A DNA stretch of 64,000 bases. Origin: the human T2T-CHM13v2.0 reference genome, Homo sapiens. The notes under the pieces were generated by a model. That model saw nothing but the letters and a program-made list of their open reading frames with translations, did no database searches and was not told the DNA's origin. A program made the translations under genes and the position numbers. The stretch lies in NCBI RefSeq assembly GCF_009914755.1, contig NC_060944.1; one strand, 5' to 3'. Positions 40,316-53,989 of the stretch are shown one piece after another; position 1 is the stretch's first letter; every line of letters starts with the position of its first letter.

Positions 40316-41062
40316 CTCTTGTACACTGTTGGTGGGAATGTAAATTAGCACAACCACGATGGAGAACAGTTTTGAGGTTCCTCTAAAAACTAAAAATTGA
40401 GTTACCATATGATCCAGCAATCCCATCGCTAGGTGTATATCCAAGAGAAAGGAAATCAGAGCATTAAAGAGCTATCTGCACTCCCATGTTTGTTGCAGCA
40501 CTGTTCACAATAGCTAAGATTTGAAAGCAACCTAAATGTCCATCGACAGATGAATGGAAAAACAAAATGTGGTAATATATACAATGGAGTACTATTCAGC
40601 CATAAAAAAGAATGAGATCTAGACATTTGCAACAATTTGCATGGAACCAGAGATCATTATGTTAAGTGAAATAAGCCAGGCACTGAAAGACATATGTCAC
40701 GTCTTCTCACTTATTTGTGGGATCTAAAAATCAAAAACAATTGAACTCATGAATATAGAGATAGAAGGATGGTTACCAGAAGCTGGGAAGGTTAGTAAGG
40801 GGTTGTTGGGGGGAGGTGGGGATGATTAATGGTACAAAAGGAAATAAAAGAATGAATAAGACCTACTATTTGATAGCATAATAGGGTGACTGTAGTCAAT
40901 AATAACTTAATTGTACATTTTAAAATAACTTAAAGAATGTAATTGGATTGTTTGTAACTCAAAGGATAAGTGCTTGAGGAGATAGATACCCCATTCCCCA
41001 TGATGTGCTTATTTTGCATTGCATGCCTGTAACAAAACATTTCATGTACCCCATAAATATAT
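40316..41062 (+). mobile_element. L1MA-type 3' fragment
   Basis: tacactgttggtgggaatgtaaattag...aagaatgaataagacctactatttgatagca...catgtaccccataaatatata. Confidence 0.9.
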
Positions 41063-41169
41063 ATCTATATATGGGGTACATAAATATATATATATGGGGT
41101 ACATAAATATATATATATGACTAGATAAATATATATATGACTATATATATATATATATATATGACTAGA
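41044..41169. repeat. Inverted repeat plus AT-rich tandem array replacing the L1 tail
   Basis: atgtaccccata...tatggggtacat, followed by taaatatatatatatggggtaca and taaatatatatatatgactaga type units. Confidence 0.9.
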
Positions 41170-41346
41170 CCCTGGATTTCTCTTGAAAATCTGGGTGATC
41201 TGACAATAATGGGTCTATTTTCCCCTTCTGCAGCAGCCAGGTGGAGCCAAGCAGTGGCTGCCTCTCTAGACAGACAGGGCCATCCTTCACAATGACACAA
41301 GCACCGGGACTCACACAATGTAAGCATGGGCTTCATTCATTTACAC

Positions 41347-41577
41347 CAGTGGTTCCCGACTGAGGATAATTTTGTCCTTCAAGGGGCATTTGGCAATGTC
41401 TCAGTTTTTGATTTTTGACATTTTTGATCATCACATGATGGGTGAGGAGGTGCTACCCACATCTAGCAGGTAGATGCTGAGGATATTGCTAACATCCTAA
41501 AGTGCACACTACAGCCCACGCAGCCAAGAATTTTTGGTTGCAAAATGCCAGCAGTACCAAAGTTCAGAAATAGTGAT
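41347..41577 (+). mobile_element. MER20
   Basis: cagtggttccc...ggggcatttggcaatgtct...gctaacatccta...caaaatgccagcagtaccaaagtt.agaaa. Confidence 0.8.
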
Positions 41578-41964
41578 TTACACCAACTTCTTGGCCCCTT
41601 AGGCAAGTGAGGTTGTAATTCCAGATGAAGTCCATTTCTCAGAACTCAGGCAAGACTAATAACTATATAAGTACTTCCAAAAAGCCTACTGTCTCTACTC
41701 CTCTCTGCTTCTCTGAGCAGTTTGGACAGTAAGACTCAATGATTCAATTGAGACAGCAACATCTAACATCTGTACACTTGTTATGTGGCAGACAGTGCAC
41801 TAAGTGAATTCACATCTACAAACCATTTAAGTCTTTCATCGACTTTACAAGGTAGGTATTATGATTTTATGATTAAAACTGCATTATTGCTGGTGGCAGA
41901 AACCCTTCTCCAGTAGCCTGTAGACAGAAAGCTCCTTGACTGGCACAAGCAGACTACCTAGATG

Positions 41965-42205
41965 CTAGAGCAAGGTGACCTGGACATGAGTCCTGACCCT
42001 GCCATTTACCATCCCTGTGATATTGAGAAAGTTGTTAAAACTCCTTGGGCCTTGGTTTTCTCATCTGAAAATGGGATAATAATAATAACACTCACCTCAT
42101 TGTATTATTATGGAGACTAAAAGGGCTCATGCATGAAAGGTACTCAGAATGGTATCTGATCTATAGCAAACATTCAAAAAAGTTAGTTATTGTAACTACT
42201 ATTAT
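41965..42205 (+). mobile_element. MIR
   Basis: ttttctcatctgaaaatgggataataata core. Confidence 0.8.
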
Positions 42206-42799
42206 TTTTGTTGTTGTGTTTGTTGTTGTTGTTGTTTGACTAAATACTCAGGCAGTAAACAGAGAGTGCTGGTTCCAAGTTTTCAAAGCATTTCATCAAA
42301 TCTCTCTGTTTCTCTCTTGTTCTCGGCTTTGATTTCCTCTGCAATTTCATTCTCAGGCAGACCCTTCCTAAGTGTTGACAATTCCATGAATCAAAACTCT
42401 ACATTCACGTCCCAGAAGCTTCGCATAAGCAGTAAGATCCCCAGTAACCGGCCCAGCTTGTGTTATTCTTAAATCACTGTTGCAGTGGTGGGAGAAGTAA
42501 GGTGCCCTGATCAGCAGCCCTGTGTTAATTGTCCCCCTGGATCTGGGGAAGAGTCAACTCCTCTCACACCACATGAACCAAGAGTGAGGAAGACTTACTC
42601 CTCCAGAGACAAATGGGGATGGTGTTTCACCATGAAGGAGAATGATCCAAGCAGGCAAAAATGACAGCTCTACAATTATTCCCATTTTACAGGAAATTGT
42701 CTCAGTAAGATGAAGCAATTTTCACACGGAAACAAAGCTATTAAGTGTGAGAATAAGAATTTAAATCATGACTTCCAAATATCCAGGAACAATTTAGTA

Positions 42800-44190
42800 T
42801 TTTAAAAACCTATATCAATAGATCAAAAGAAAAATGACAGTGTCATCATAAACGCTGAAAGACTTTTGATGAAAGTCAATATCTTTTCTTGATAGATAAT
42901 CTCTTCTAATATTAAGCTTAAAAAGCAATGAGAGAGACTTTTAAGAAGACTTTAAATCGCTGCTAAGGGACTTAGAAGACTTGGGGAAAAAAGAATAATT
43001 GCATGACGTCACTTTTTGATAAGTAAATCTATATATTTAATATTATTTCAGGAGAAATGCTATCACTTTTTTGAACTAGAAAATCTAATTCTAAAGTTCA
43101 ATTAAAAATATATCGATAGGAACAGTTAGGAAAATTCTGAAACATATTCTAAAAGTAAAATGATTAAAATGTGGTGGTACTAGAGCAGAATAAAACAGAT
43201 CAATGGAATAGAATCGAGTCTAGAAATATGGCACAAATAAATATGGAAATGTATTATGTGACAATAGTGACAATTAAAATCAGTTTGGAAAATACTGATT
43301 ATTAAATATATGACGTTAAGGTATCGGAATAGCTGCCTGATTAAAAACAAAATGAAATCCTGCCCTGCTCATTACACTAAAACTTATGCCAAATGTTCAA
43401 GCCTTTAAATGTAAACCATTAAAATGAGCTATTATTTACTAAAAAATGAAATGGAAGAACTTTTATCATTATCACAGGACAAAAAGGCTCTTCTACAAAA
43501 ACAACACTACACCAAGTAGCCATGAAAGAAAAGATGAATACATTTAACTATATATTGTTGTGGACTATATAAACTTTGTTGTCCCTCAAAAAAGACATGC
43601 TCAAAACCCAGCCATCAGGACTTATGAATGTGAGCTATTTGGACAGAGGGTTTTGGCAGATATAATCAAGTTAAGTTGAGATAATGGTGGACTGGGATGC
43701 ATCCTAATCCAATGACTAGTGTCCCTAAAAGATGGGGGGAATTTGTGTATGCAGTTACTCAGGAAAGAAGGTCTCGTGGAGACAAAGGTAGAGATTGGAG
43801 CGATGCTGCCGCAAACCAAGGAAGGCCAGGGATTGCCAGAAACCAGCAGAAGCTAGAGGAAGCAAGGAAAGATTTTCCCTAGAGCCTTTGGAAGGAACAT
43901 GGCCTTGCCAGCACCTTGATTTTGGACTTCTAGCTTTCAGAACTGTAAAATAATACATTTCTGTTGTTTTCAGCCACTCTATTGGTGGTAGTTTAACACA
44001 ACAACCTTAAGAAACTAATATGATTATTTTAAAAAAGAATTTACATGGGAAAAATTACACAAAACAAAAGAACAAATGGCAAAAATCTTTGCGACTCATA
44101 TAAGAAAGAACTAGTTTTCTTAATATGTAATGAGTTTCTGTAAATCAGTATTTTAAAAAAATCCAACCACTTAATAGAAAATGGATACAT
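42800..44190 (+). mobile_element. Ancient L1 ORF2 fragments interrupted by MLT1C
   Basis: tggtactagagcagaataaaacagatcaatggaatagaatcgagtctagaaat. Confidence 0.65.
43558..44021 (+). mobile_element. MLT1C-like MaLR solo LTR
   Basis: cctaatccaatgacta.tgtcc...agaagctagaggaagcaagg...caccttgattttggacttctag...agaaactaata. Confidence 0.85.
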
Positions 44191-44799
44191 GAAGTTGTAT
44201 GATGTTTTCATTGCTTTGTTGAGACAATTAAAAGAAATAATTTGTGTGTAACCCAAATATGATGATTATCTAATGGGTAGCCTTTGAGCTTTCCTTTTAA
44301 CCACATTTAGAATATACACAGCATATTATCACCTTCTTCCTCATTGCTGTAGTGATGAAAGTAGATTTTACTGAAGATATTGAGGGGAGAGAGGAAGAGG
44401 ACTTATATCACCCACTATGCACCAAAACATCATTTAAAAAATTACCTTTTAAACGCATCTGTTCATTTCTCAAAGTTCCACTATGGGCCCCGACGTCTTC
44501 TAGTTCTCTTTGTTTTTCCTTCAGCCTAACATTCCCAACACTGCCTCTCAACTATTTTTCTCCTTTCCCTAGTAATTCAATTCACAGCTTGCATGATCTG
44601 GCCAGCAAAACAAAAGCCAGGCAGTTTTCGCTGATTCCATCCTTAGAAAACAGTTCAGGGGCCAACCATTGTTAGTCCCGTGGAGTCCCATCAACCCAGT
44701 CACTTTGCCTTTTCTTGGAGCAGGAAAAGAAGGAAAGCTTTTGCTGCTGGGAAGATAAGATCTTCTTCAGATGGCCACAGATGTGAAGAATTAACCCAG

Positions 44800-44959
44800 T
44801 CGGAGCCAGCTTCATGGACATGCCATCTGCACAGTTCCACGGAGAAGGGACCTGTACTTTGGGTAATGCTCTGCCGTCTTGAAATTCTCAATAATTGTCG
44901 AATAGTGGGCGCCACATTCCCATTTGCATGGGGCTCCACAAAGTATACAGTCAGTCTTG
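44800..44959 (+). mobile_element. MER91A-like (hAT-Tip100)
   Basis: gcttcatgg...taatgctctgccgtcttgaaattctcaataatt...catttgcatggggctccacaaa. Confidence 0.7.
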
Positions 44960-46056
44960 ACACAAAAATTATTCAGTAAACAGTTATTGCTGTCATTACT
45001 CAAAGCACAAATGCCTTATCTCCTGAGTAATCCAAGAGACACAGCGTCTCAAAGCTTCATACTTTTAAAGAAAAAAAAATTTTTTTAAAGCAAATGGAGA
45101 AGAAGGGGGAAAAAACTAGCTGCATGAACTTCGAAGCCAGGAAAACTGGCACCATTGCCTTTAGCAAGATGTTATCTGACATCTTTTGGCTGAATGCGTC
45201 CTTTCATGGGGTGATTAAGCAGCAAATATCTCCGAGTAGCATAATGTTTATTAGACGTTACTCTGTTAGGGCAGCTTGTGTTTTCCCTGTATTCTGTTTC
45301 CGTATTCAAGTGTGTACAATTTGTTGATTTAAATAAAATTTAAAATAAGCCGTGTTGCTTGAAGAGCTGCTGACAGGGCCTCGTGGAAAACTTTGAGAGG
45401 TTTTTTATTAGGAAACAATTCTGTTTCTGTGTCATGTTTTTCTGCCTTATGCTTTTCCCCCAACCCCCTCCCTGTCCTTAGCACCACAGGACAGCAGCCT
45501 GAAAACCAATATTTTTACTTTTTTTGAATGTTCATCTGGCTCTCTGAAATACTTCTATCCACAAGGCAAGGATTCTACATGTCCATCCTGTCTCCTAGGT
45601 TATTAGAGAAAAGGGGCAAGCCCGCTTCTGACAAGGGTCACCTGCATTCCATGCCAGGAGTCATGTACATTCTAAGTGTTAGATTTTCTGGAGTGTTGAT
45701 CATTCATTTATTCATCATCCATTCATTTATTGTTTTCATTAACCACATGTTTAATTGATGGCAAAGTACAGAGAAGTGGATACTGTTTTATGTCACTGGA
45801 TAGAATGATGATGTCTCTTTAAAATGAAAGTACCCATGATCTGGGCCACGTCATTTGTTCTCTGCTTGTGCCCTAGAGAAACCTTCAAACATGGACACAG
45901 AGACACGTGCAAGGAAGTACATCACATTCTTTGGGGGAAGTGGAACAACAGGAAGCAACCTACATGTCCATCAGCAAGGGGACTGCTAAGTAAGTGTGCA
46001 AGAGTGAAACGGGATGTGGTGGTGAAGAAGAAGAAAATAGACCTCTATGTACCTAC

Positions 46057-46421
46057 TGTATTAGTCTGTTTTCACACTGCTGATAAAGACATACCCAAGA
46101 CTGGGTAATTTGTAAAGAAAAAGAAGTTTAATGGACTCACAGTCCCACGTGGCTGGAGGGGGGGGCTCACAATCATGGTGGATGGCAAAAGGCACGTCTT
46201 ACATAGCAGCAGACAAGAGAGAAATGAGAACCAAGCAAAAGGGAGACCCCTTATAAAACCATCAGCTCTTGTGAAACTTATTCACTACCACGAGAATAGT
46301 ATGGCGAAAACTGCTCCCATGATTCAATTACCTCCCACTAGGTCCTTCCCACCACATGTGGGAATTATGGGAGCTACAATTCAAGATAAGATTTGGGTGG
46401 GGACCCAGCCAAGACATATCA
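46057..46421 (-). mobile_element. THE1 (B/C-like) solo LTR
   Basis: tgtattagtctgttttcacactgctgataaagacataccc ... gacatatca. Perfect TSD CCTAC at 46052-46056 and 46422-46426. Confidence 0.92.
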
Positions 46422-47166
46422 CCTACATAAACAAATCTTCAACACATATTTTTTAGAGAAAAAGACAAGTTGCACAAACATCTTGTACCACATGAAGCTT
46501 TTTTTAAACAACCAAAAGGTTCAGAAAACACAAAACTATATTTGTATTTTCTATAGGTACATACACATGTATAAAAATACAAAGGAAATTCTGGCTGTTA
46601 CAGATGTGTGCTAAGAAAAAATTTACTAGAAAATTGTTTGGAAGAAAAGTCAACAAATTGTTACAGTACCACAGCTGGGGAGGAGCGTGGTAGGGGAATG
46701 TACCACAAGCACCTTCAGTTTATTTGTAATGTCTTATTTTTATATGACAGTTTATTTTATTATTTTATACATTTATTATTGCTTAATGACAAATCAATAT
46801 TTTAGCTGATATAAAAAATCCTCTGTAAAAATTCAAGGAGTTAATATTACCTAATAGTTCCCCAATCCATGTTTGCTTTTATATATCAAATATACATTGT
46901 AGGCACACTGAATTTTTATATAATACAATACCCTATGTACGTGTCCAATAAATATCACTTACAGGCATGGATGAATGAACAAAAGCTGAACGGATACTTT
47001 TCCCCTCCATCCTTTAGAGGTGGAGGCTCCTGAATTACTGTTTTACCACCTCTTTGTCATATCTGAAATCTAGTTCAGAGAAGAAAATCATGCAAATAAT
47101 TAGAATTGCCACTTATTGAAGATCTTTCTATATGCTGCTGGCTTTAAAGAATTTTACTTTCCTAAT

Positions 47167-47784
47167 ATTATTTTCCTGTTACTATTGCTGCATAAAATAA
47201 AAGATCACCCCAAAAATTAGTGGCTTAAATCAACCATTTTCATGTATTCTCAGATTGTGAGGGTGAGGATACTGAAAAGAGCACAAAGGGTTAGCTAGTC
47301 ACAATGTCTGGGGTTTCTGCTAGGAAAACTAGAATACTGGAAGTGACTTGATGGTTGACAGCTGGAATTATCTGGAATGTCTCCTTTCATGTAGCTGACA
47401 GTTAATGCTGACCATTAGTAGGAACCTCAGTTGGGTCTGTTGGCAGTAACACCCACATGTGGCTTCTCCATGAGGCTGCTTGAGCTTCCTCTTAACAAGG
47501 CAGCCTCAGGGTGCTTGAACTTCTTACATAGTAGCACCAGATTCCAAATGTGAATACCTCATCTAACAAGGCAGAAGATGTAGGATTTTTATGCTCTATA
47601 TTCAAAAGGCATACAGAATAACCTCCACTACATCCCATTTGTTATAAGTAAGTCAAAAGCCTGTCCAAATTCAAGGAAAGAAAAATTAAACTCTTCTTCT
47701 GGATGGAGGCAATGGATATGTTCTAGAAAAGAATAGGCCAGGAGATCTTTTTACTGCCATCTTTAGAAAACATAATCTGCCACA
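47167..47784 (-). mobile_element. MLT1 (F/G/H-type) LTR inserted in a MIR
   Basis: ctattgctgcataa...ccccaaaaattagtggcttaaa...gccatctttagaaaacataatctgccaca. Confidence 0.75.
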
Positions 47785-49488
47785 TCTTCATAACAATCCT
47801 CTTCTGCAAATAGGTGAATAATCCATCTTATAGATGAGAGAGCAGGTGCAGAGAATACTTTATTTTTCCAAAGTCAAATTACTCGATGGCAAGTGGCTAA
47901 GCAAGGATTCAAACTCAGGTCTGTGTGTCCTCAAAGCCTCCTCTCCCCACCCGTCACTGCCATCACATCAGGTGGATATTATATTTATGTATTTCATCCT
48001 GCTTTTATTGCTTATCAGGGAGACATACTCAGATACCAAATGTTATCTTATATAGAGATTGCATCTTCTTGCAATTTTCAGCCCACATGACTGGTTCAAT
48101 AACCTGCTCCTCAGTAGTTAATAGGAAGCCATTGAGATGAGTCTTTTCTGAAGGTCCAGGGAAATTGCTATTAAGAGACCAGAGTTTGAGCAGTGTTGGC
48201 AACTTCAGGATGGTGGCTGATCCACAGTGATCGCTGACTCCGGTGAAAAATGATCCTCTGTCTATGTGACACAATTATTTGGGTATTTACCACAAAGGCC
48301 CTTAGATAGGCCCCTTTCAATCAGAAAATAAGAAATAAGCTGAGGGAGAAAAATAGCTAAATTTAAATGTAACTGCTCACATTGTTTTGTCCTTAGATGG
48401 ATGGTAGGTCTCTCTCATTATTCACCAAGCACAGACATGCTACCAAGAGTGATTTGGCAACTTGTGAAGATAAATCACAACCAGGATGGCTGCTGTCACT
48501 GTCCAGTTGAGAATGTGACTCTGGAGGCTGACAGAGTGTGGGGGCAAGCACATGCATGGGTCCCACTGGTGCAAAGTTTGAGAGAAAAAGGAGGACCCAG
48601 AGAAAGGAAAACAGAAGAAAAGCAATAAAAATACCATGTCTCCCCCGACATTGTTCCCAAGTGCCATGCTTTCGAGAGAACAAATGTTTCTGTGAGTCCC
48701 CAGCAGGTCAGAAGGAAGACAGATGGCAGGTTACCGAAGCAGGAGGGGAGGAGGTTATGAATTCAACCGTCAATGAGAAGAAAGCACAGATTTAATATGT
48801 AGTTCAGGAGAAAATGGAAGAAAGCAGCATGACACTCTAAGAATCTGAAGGGAGTTGTATTTTCTGGATATTTTTGGATGAAATATTTCATACATGACAC
48901 AAAGCCGAGATCCTCCAAATTAATTTTGTTTATTCTATTTTTGTAACCTATATTTTTGTGATCTTAAAAGCAACACCTTCTAATAATGCAATTTTTTGCA
49001 AATATAGTAAAATGCATAAAAATTCATACTCATTAGATCCAGGAGTAACCAATGTGAATATCTTGTTACACAGTTTTCCAGTTTCCCTCGTGTATATGTA
49101 CATAGAACTATATGTCCTGCAAAAATGGGCTCAGATAATACCTAATGTTTTGTGTTCTGCAATTTTCGTTTCTTATATCACAAGCTTCTTTCTATGTCAA
49201 AAAGTAGACATTTACATAATCATTTAATGGAGGCTTAATCTTCCATGGTAATATTAGTTAATCAATCCACTATTACTGAATGTTTAGGACTCTGAATTTT
49301 TTTCTTTTTGCAAATAATAAAACATGAACATCTTTGCACATATACCTTTATGTACTTGCTTTCTTCTGATATATTTCTCAAGGTGTTTTTTAGTAAGATG
49401 AGAAATTTGTATACATATTACTAAATTATTATTTTGTTAAGTTGTACCAATAATTATCTAAAGTCAAAGCTAAAAAGATGCAATTAGC

Positions 49489-49493
49489 TTTTT

Positions 49494-49558
<65 letters not shown>

Positions 49559-49580
49559 TTTCTTCTTCATTTCTTTTTTT
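49489..49580. repeat. (TTTC)n tetranucleotide microsatellite
   Basis: About 16 perfect TTTC units, then TTC degeneration. Confidence 0.97.
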
Positions 49581-49671
49581 CCCTGTTCCTCTTCCCTGCC
49601 TCTTTCTGTCTTCACTAGTCAGTAACTGCTATTGTTGAAGCAGGTTATTTTGCTCAGGGAACTTACAGATG

Positions 49672-49998
49672 AGGGCAGGCATTGGAAACTGTGGCCCATG
49701 GGCCAATCAGACCCACCATCAATTTTTGTTAGGCCCATAAGCTAAGAATAGTGTTTTTATTTTAAAATGGTTGAAAAAAATCGAAAGAAGAGTAATATGT
49801 TGTGATACACACAATTATATAGATTTTAATAAGTTTCACTTAAACACAGTCACTCTATTTCTTTACATATTGTCTGTGGTGCTTTCACCCTGCAACAGCA
49901 GAGTTGAGAAGCTAGGACAGATAATGTCTATATTGCTCACAAGGTAAGAAATATTTACCATCTGATCCCTTTGTAGAAAAAGTGTGTGGACTCCTGGG
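49672..49998 (-). mobile_element. MER58B-like
   Basis: aaactgtggcccatgggcca...atattgtctgtgg...gcagagttgag...aatatttaccatctgatccctttgtagaaaaagt. Confidence 0.7.
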
Positions 49999-50865
49999 CT
50001 AGTGACAATAATGTTTCTAGCTTTCACTGGAGACCAGGAGCTGTCCCAGGAGAACATCATAGCAGCAGTTAAGAGTGTGATAGTCAACAGGTCTCCTGGG
50101 TTCAAATTCCAGGTTAGTGACTTACTAACTGTGAGACCTTAGACTCATTGTTAAAAGTCTTTTGCTAAAACATCCTCAACTGCAGAAAGGAAAGAATAAT
50201 ACATACTATTGACAACCAATATTATCACCAGGATCAAGTAAAGGGAGGAGTAAAAAGTGTTTACCATAAGAGCCTAGTGCATGGCAAAAAAACTGTTGTT
50301 ACTATTTGCTCTTCACTTCTGGAAATTTAACTTAAAATTTGTTCAAATATCTTTAGTCCTGGAATTTTAATTTATTCTGTTATTCTTTCTTATCCTTGAA
50401 TAATTTTTGGTTCCAGAACAGATGGTGCCAATATTATCAAAATAAAATTTATAGTTTGAGAAGACTTCTTAAATGGAATAAGAAAAACCATGTACCATTA
50501 TCTTTTTCTCTTCTGTGATTCAAGTGCCTCTTCACTTACTTATTCATAGATAAGACATGTTAGAATAATTTACTTTCAGGTCTCAAAAGAATGGGGAAGC
50601 TATAGCAGGTGCATTATGGGAGGTAGCTGGCCTCATTGAAGATGCCAACTTGCCTCAAGAGTTAGGGTTAAAAGACTCTCTAGTCTAGAAGGCATATGAC
50701 CCATCCTCAGTCCAATGCCTGAAGACATCAGTTCACAGCCATGCACCGAATATTACAGCTTACCATTTAAGATAGTCGTCCTTATTTGCTGTTCTGCATA
50801 TATCCCTGGACTGGGCAGTTTGTGGACATGGAAAAACCCAAAGTGGTGTTCTCTCTAGGAATGCA

Positions 50866-51227
50866 CAGATGCTCTTTGACTTATGATGAGGCTGCTTCCT
50901 GATAAGCCCATCTTAAATTGAAAATACGGTAAATCAAAAATGCATTTAATCCATCTAACCCATAGAACATCATAGCTTAGTCTAGTCTGACTTAAATGTG
51001 TTGTTTTACTTCCATTAGCTTATATTTGGACAAAATCATCTAACTCAAAGCCTATTTTCTAAGAAAGTGTTGAACATCTCATGTAATTTATTGAATACTG
51101 CACTGAAACTGAAAAACTGAATGATTGTATGGGTGCTCAAAGTACAGTTTCTATTGAATGTGGATCACTTTTGCACCATCCCAAAGTCAAAAAATCCAAA
51201 GTTGAACCATTGTAAGTCAGGGACTAT
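50866..51227. mobile_element. MER47A-like (TcMar-Tigger MITE)
   Basis: cagatgctctttgacttatgatg...aacatcatagcttag...gaaccattgtaagtcagggact, with inverted termini. Confidence 0.75.
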
Positions 51228-52190
51228 ACACAAATCTCTTTCATAAACTTGAGGCAGATCTTGCTGTATCTAAATAAAGCTCTCTCTGAGCATAATTTAA
51301 GCTCATTCTTTCTTTTAAAAAGTAAAAGCATTAAAGTGAATATCTCTTAGGTGGGCAGTGAGCACCTCACCTCTACTGGGCAGAGTTGGGGGTATAGAGA
51401 TGGACCAAGCTCTTCAGCCATGCTCCTTGCATCCCTGTGTCTGATCATTTAGTTTGTCCGGCTTGAACACTACGTCCCCAGGGATGGTTTCCCCAAACAT
51501 CCTGTCTGCAGGGGACCTTGCCTCTATTTCCCAAAACAGCCCAGTGTATGTCTTTCAGAGCACTAAAAATATAGATTATTTCTTTGTTTAATCCATTGAT
51601 TTGTTTACAGTCTATGCCCACCCCCATTGTGATATAAGCTCCACAAAGGAAAGGTCTTGTCTATCTCATTCATCAATGTCCCAACACTTGTACAGCATTG
51701 GTGTGAATAAATACTTGTCTCGACTCTCAAATTACCCACAATTTTGTTCCTCATTAAGACTGACCCCTACTCCCTCTCAACTATTATCTCTCCCTTCATT
51801 CTACTAAATTCTTGTCATTTTCTTGACACACAGATATCTTTTTCTTCTATTTTTCACACAATCCATTTCTTCACCTAAAACATCTTTTCATTCTCCCCAT
51901 TTGCTCTCCCCCACTTCTTGGCTGACCACCTCTTAGCTGTTCTTTAGGTTTCAGCTTCTAGATTACACCCAGCAGGAACCCTTCCCTGATCATTCTCCAT
52001 GCCTAGGGTGGAGAGTTGCCTCTCTTGAACTCCCCTGTGCCCAGCACACTTCTCATCATTTCTTTCACCCCAAATGGCTATTCTTACCTGCTGAGTTGTC
52101 TGTCTCCCCAACCAGAACAGCACAGTTCCCAACGCAGTGGCTGGCAGGTAGTTGGTGCTCAGTGATGTGTTTTTAATAAATGAATGGTTA

Positions 52191-52492
<302 letters not shown>

Positions 52493-52561
52493 TTAAATGA
52501 ATGGCTAAACATTGAAGAATTATTACCCTATATCCATAACACTAACCCATATTTTTAACAG

Positions 52562-52943
52562 TGTATTAGTCCATTTTCATACTGCTATGAAGAACTGTCT
52601 GGCACTGGATAATTTATAAAGGAAAGCAGTTTAATTGACAGTTCAGCATGGCTGGGGAGGACTCAGGGAACTTACAATCATGGGGAAGGCGAAGAGGAAG
52701 CAAGGTAACTTCTTCACAAGGCAGCAGGAAGGAGAAGTGCTGAGTAAAGGGGAAAGATCCCCTTATAAAACCATCAGATCTCATGAGAACTCATGCCCTA
52801 TCACGAGAACAGCATAGGGGAACTGCCCCCGTGATCCAATTACCTCCACCTGGTCCCTCCCTTGACAGATGGAGATTATAGGGATTACAGGAATTACAAT
52901 TCAAGATGAGATTTGGGTGAGGACACAAAGCCAAGCCATATCA
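52562..52943 (-). mobile_element. THE1D-like solo LTR
   Basis: tgtattagtccattttcatactgctat...gatgagatttgggtg.ggacacaaagccaagccatatca. TSD aacag / aacac. Confidence 0.88.
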
Positions 52944-52999
52944 AACACTGAGAAGAAGGTATGTGTTATTCATTAAACAATAGTAAGAACTGATTTCCT

Positions 53000-53850
53000 C
53001 AACATACAAAACCTTCCAAGAAATCATTGAAAAAGAAACAGAATAGAGGCATATCATAGACAAATGACAAAAAAAGAATATACTTCATAAATACATATAT
53101 GGCAAGCTGCTTAATACCTGACTCAAGACAGATGTGAATTAATATTCTACTGGGAGACCGCATTTTCTTTTCCAAATTGCAAAAATCAAATGGTTTGATA
53201 ATACCCTCCCTGAGTAATCGAATGGGAAAACAGATCTTCTCGCTTATGAATGATGGGAATGTAAATTCAACAACCTCTACATAGGATACTTTGACAATAT
53301 TTATCAAACTTACAAATGCACTTACCCTTGGCCCCAGCTAGTCCACTTCTAGGTATTTATTCTGCAGAGACCTTCCCACATGTGTGGCGTGACATGCATT
53401 CAAGGTTATTGACTGCAGGGTTGTTGGTAAGAGCAAAACTTTGGAAACTCCCTAAATGCCCCTAGATTCAGGGCACTGAATGAATAATTTATGCTACAGC
53501 CACATATTGGGGTGTATTACAGTTTTTTCAAAAGACGATGCTCTTTATTAATGTATGTGGGATGATCTCTAAGATAAAAGACTTTAGGTTTTACAAAAAA
53601 GTAAGGCAAAAAGAAAACTATGCTATGTGTATAATATATGACCATTTGTGTAAAAAAAAGGAGAAAAGGAGAAAAGGGGTGTGTGTGTGTGCATGTGCTT
53701 AAATATATATGTACTTATTTGTGTAAGCATAAAATACCTGATTAATACGAAATTTGAGAGAAGGGGTGAAGCTAAGAGGCAAGGTGGCAGGAAGGCTTTT
53801 TACTCAATAATTTTTAATGATTTGTAGTTTAGAATTGTGTGACTCTATTA
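53000..53850 (+). mobile_element. Ancient L1 (L1ME-type) 3' fragment
   Basis: gggaatgtaaatt...ccacttctaggtatttatt...gcaaaactttggaaac. Confidence 0.65.
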
Positions 53851-53989
53851 TGAATTCAAACATTGGGAGAGGGAGGAGGGACAGAAGAGAAAGAAAGGGA
53901 AGGAGGAAGAGAGCGAGAGGGGGAAGGGAAGAGAAAGAGAGAAGGAGTATGCTCCAAAGGTCAGTCCTAAATCAGGTAGAACAAACTAA

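Noticed and set aside
41044-41169. Repeat-spacer-like appearance (CRISPR-like?)
   Set aside because: The units are low-complexity with no unique spacers, the context is eukaryotic, and there are no cas genes.
44352-44979. Adjacent 107-aa and 99-aa ORFs
   Set aside because: No homology is recognised, and the second overlaps a MER91-like element.
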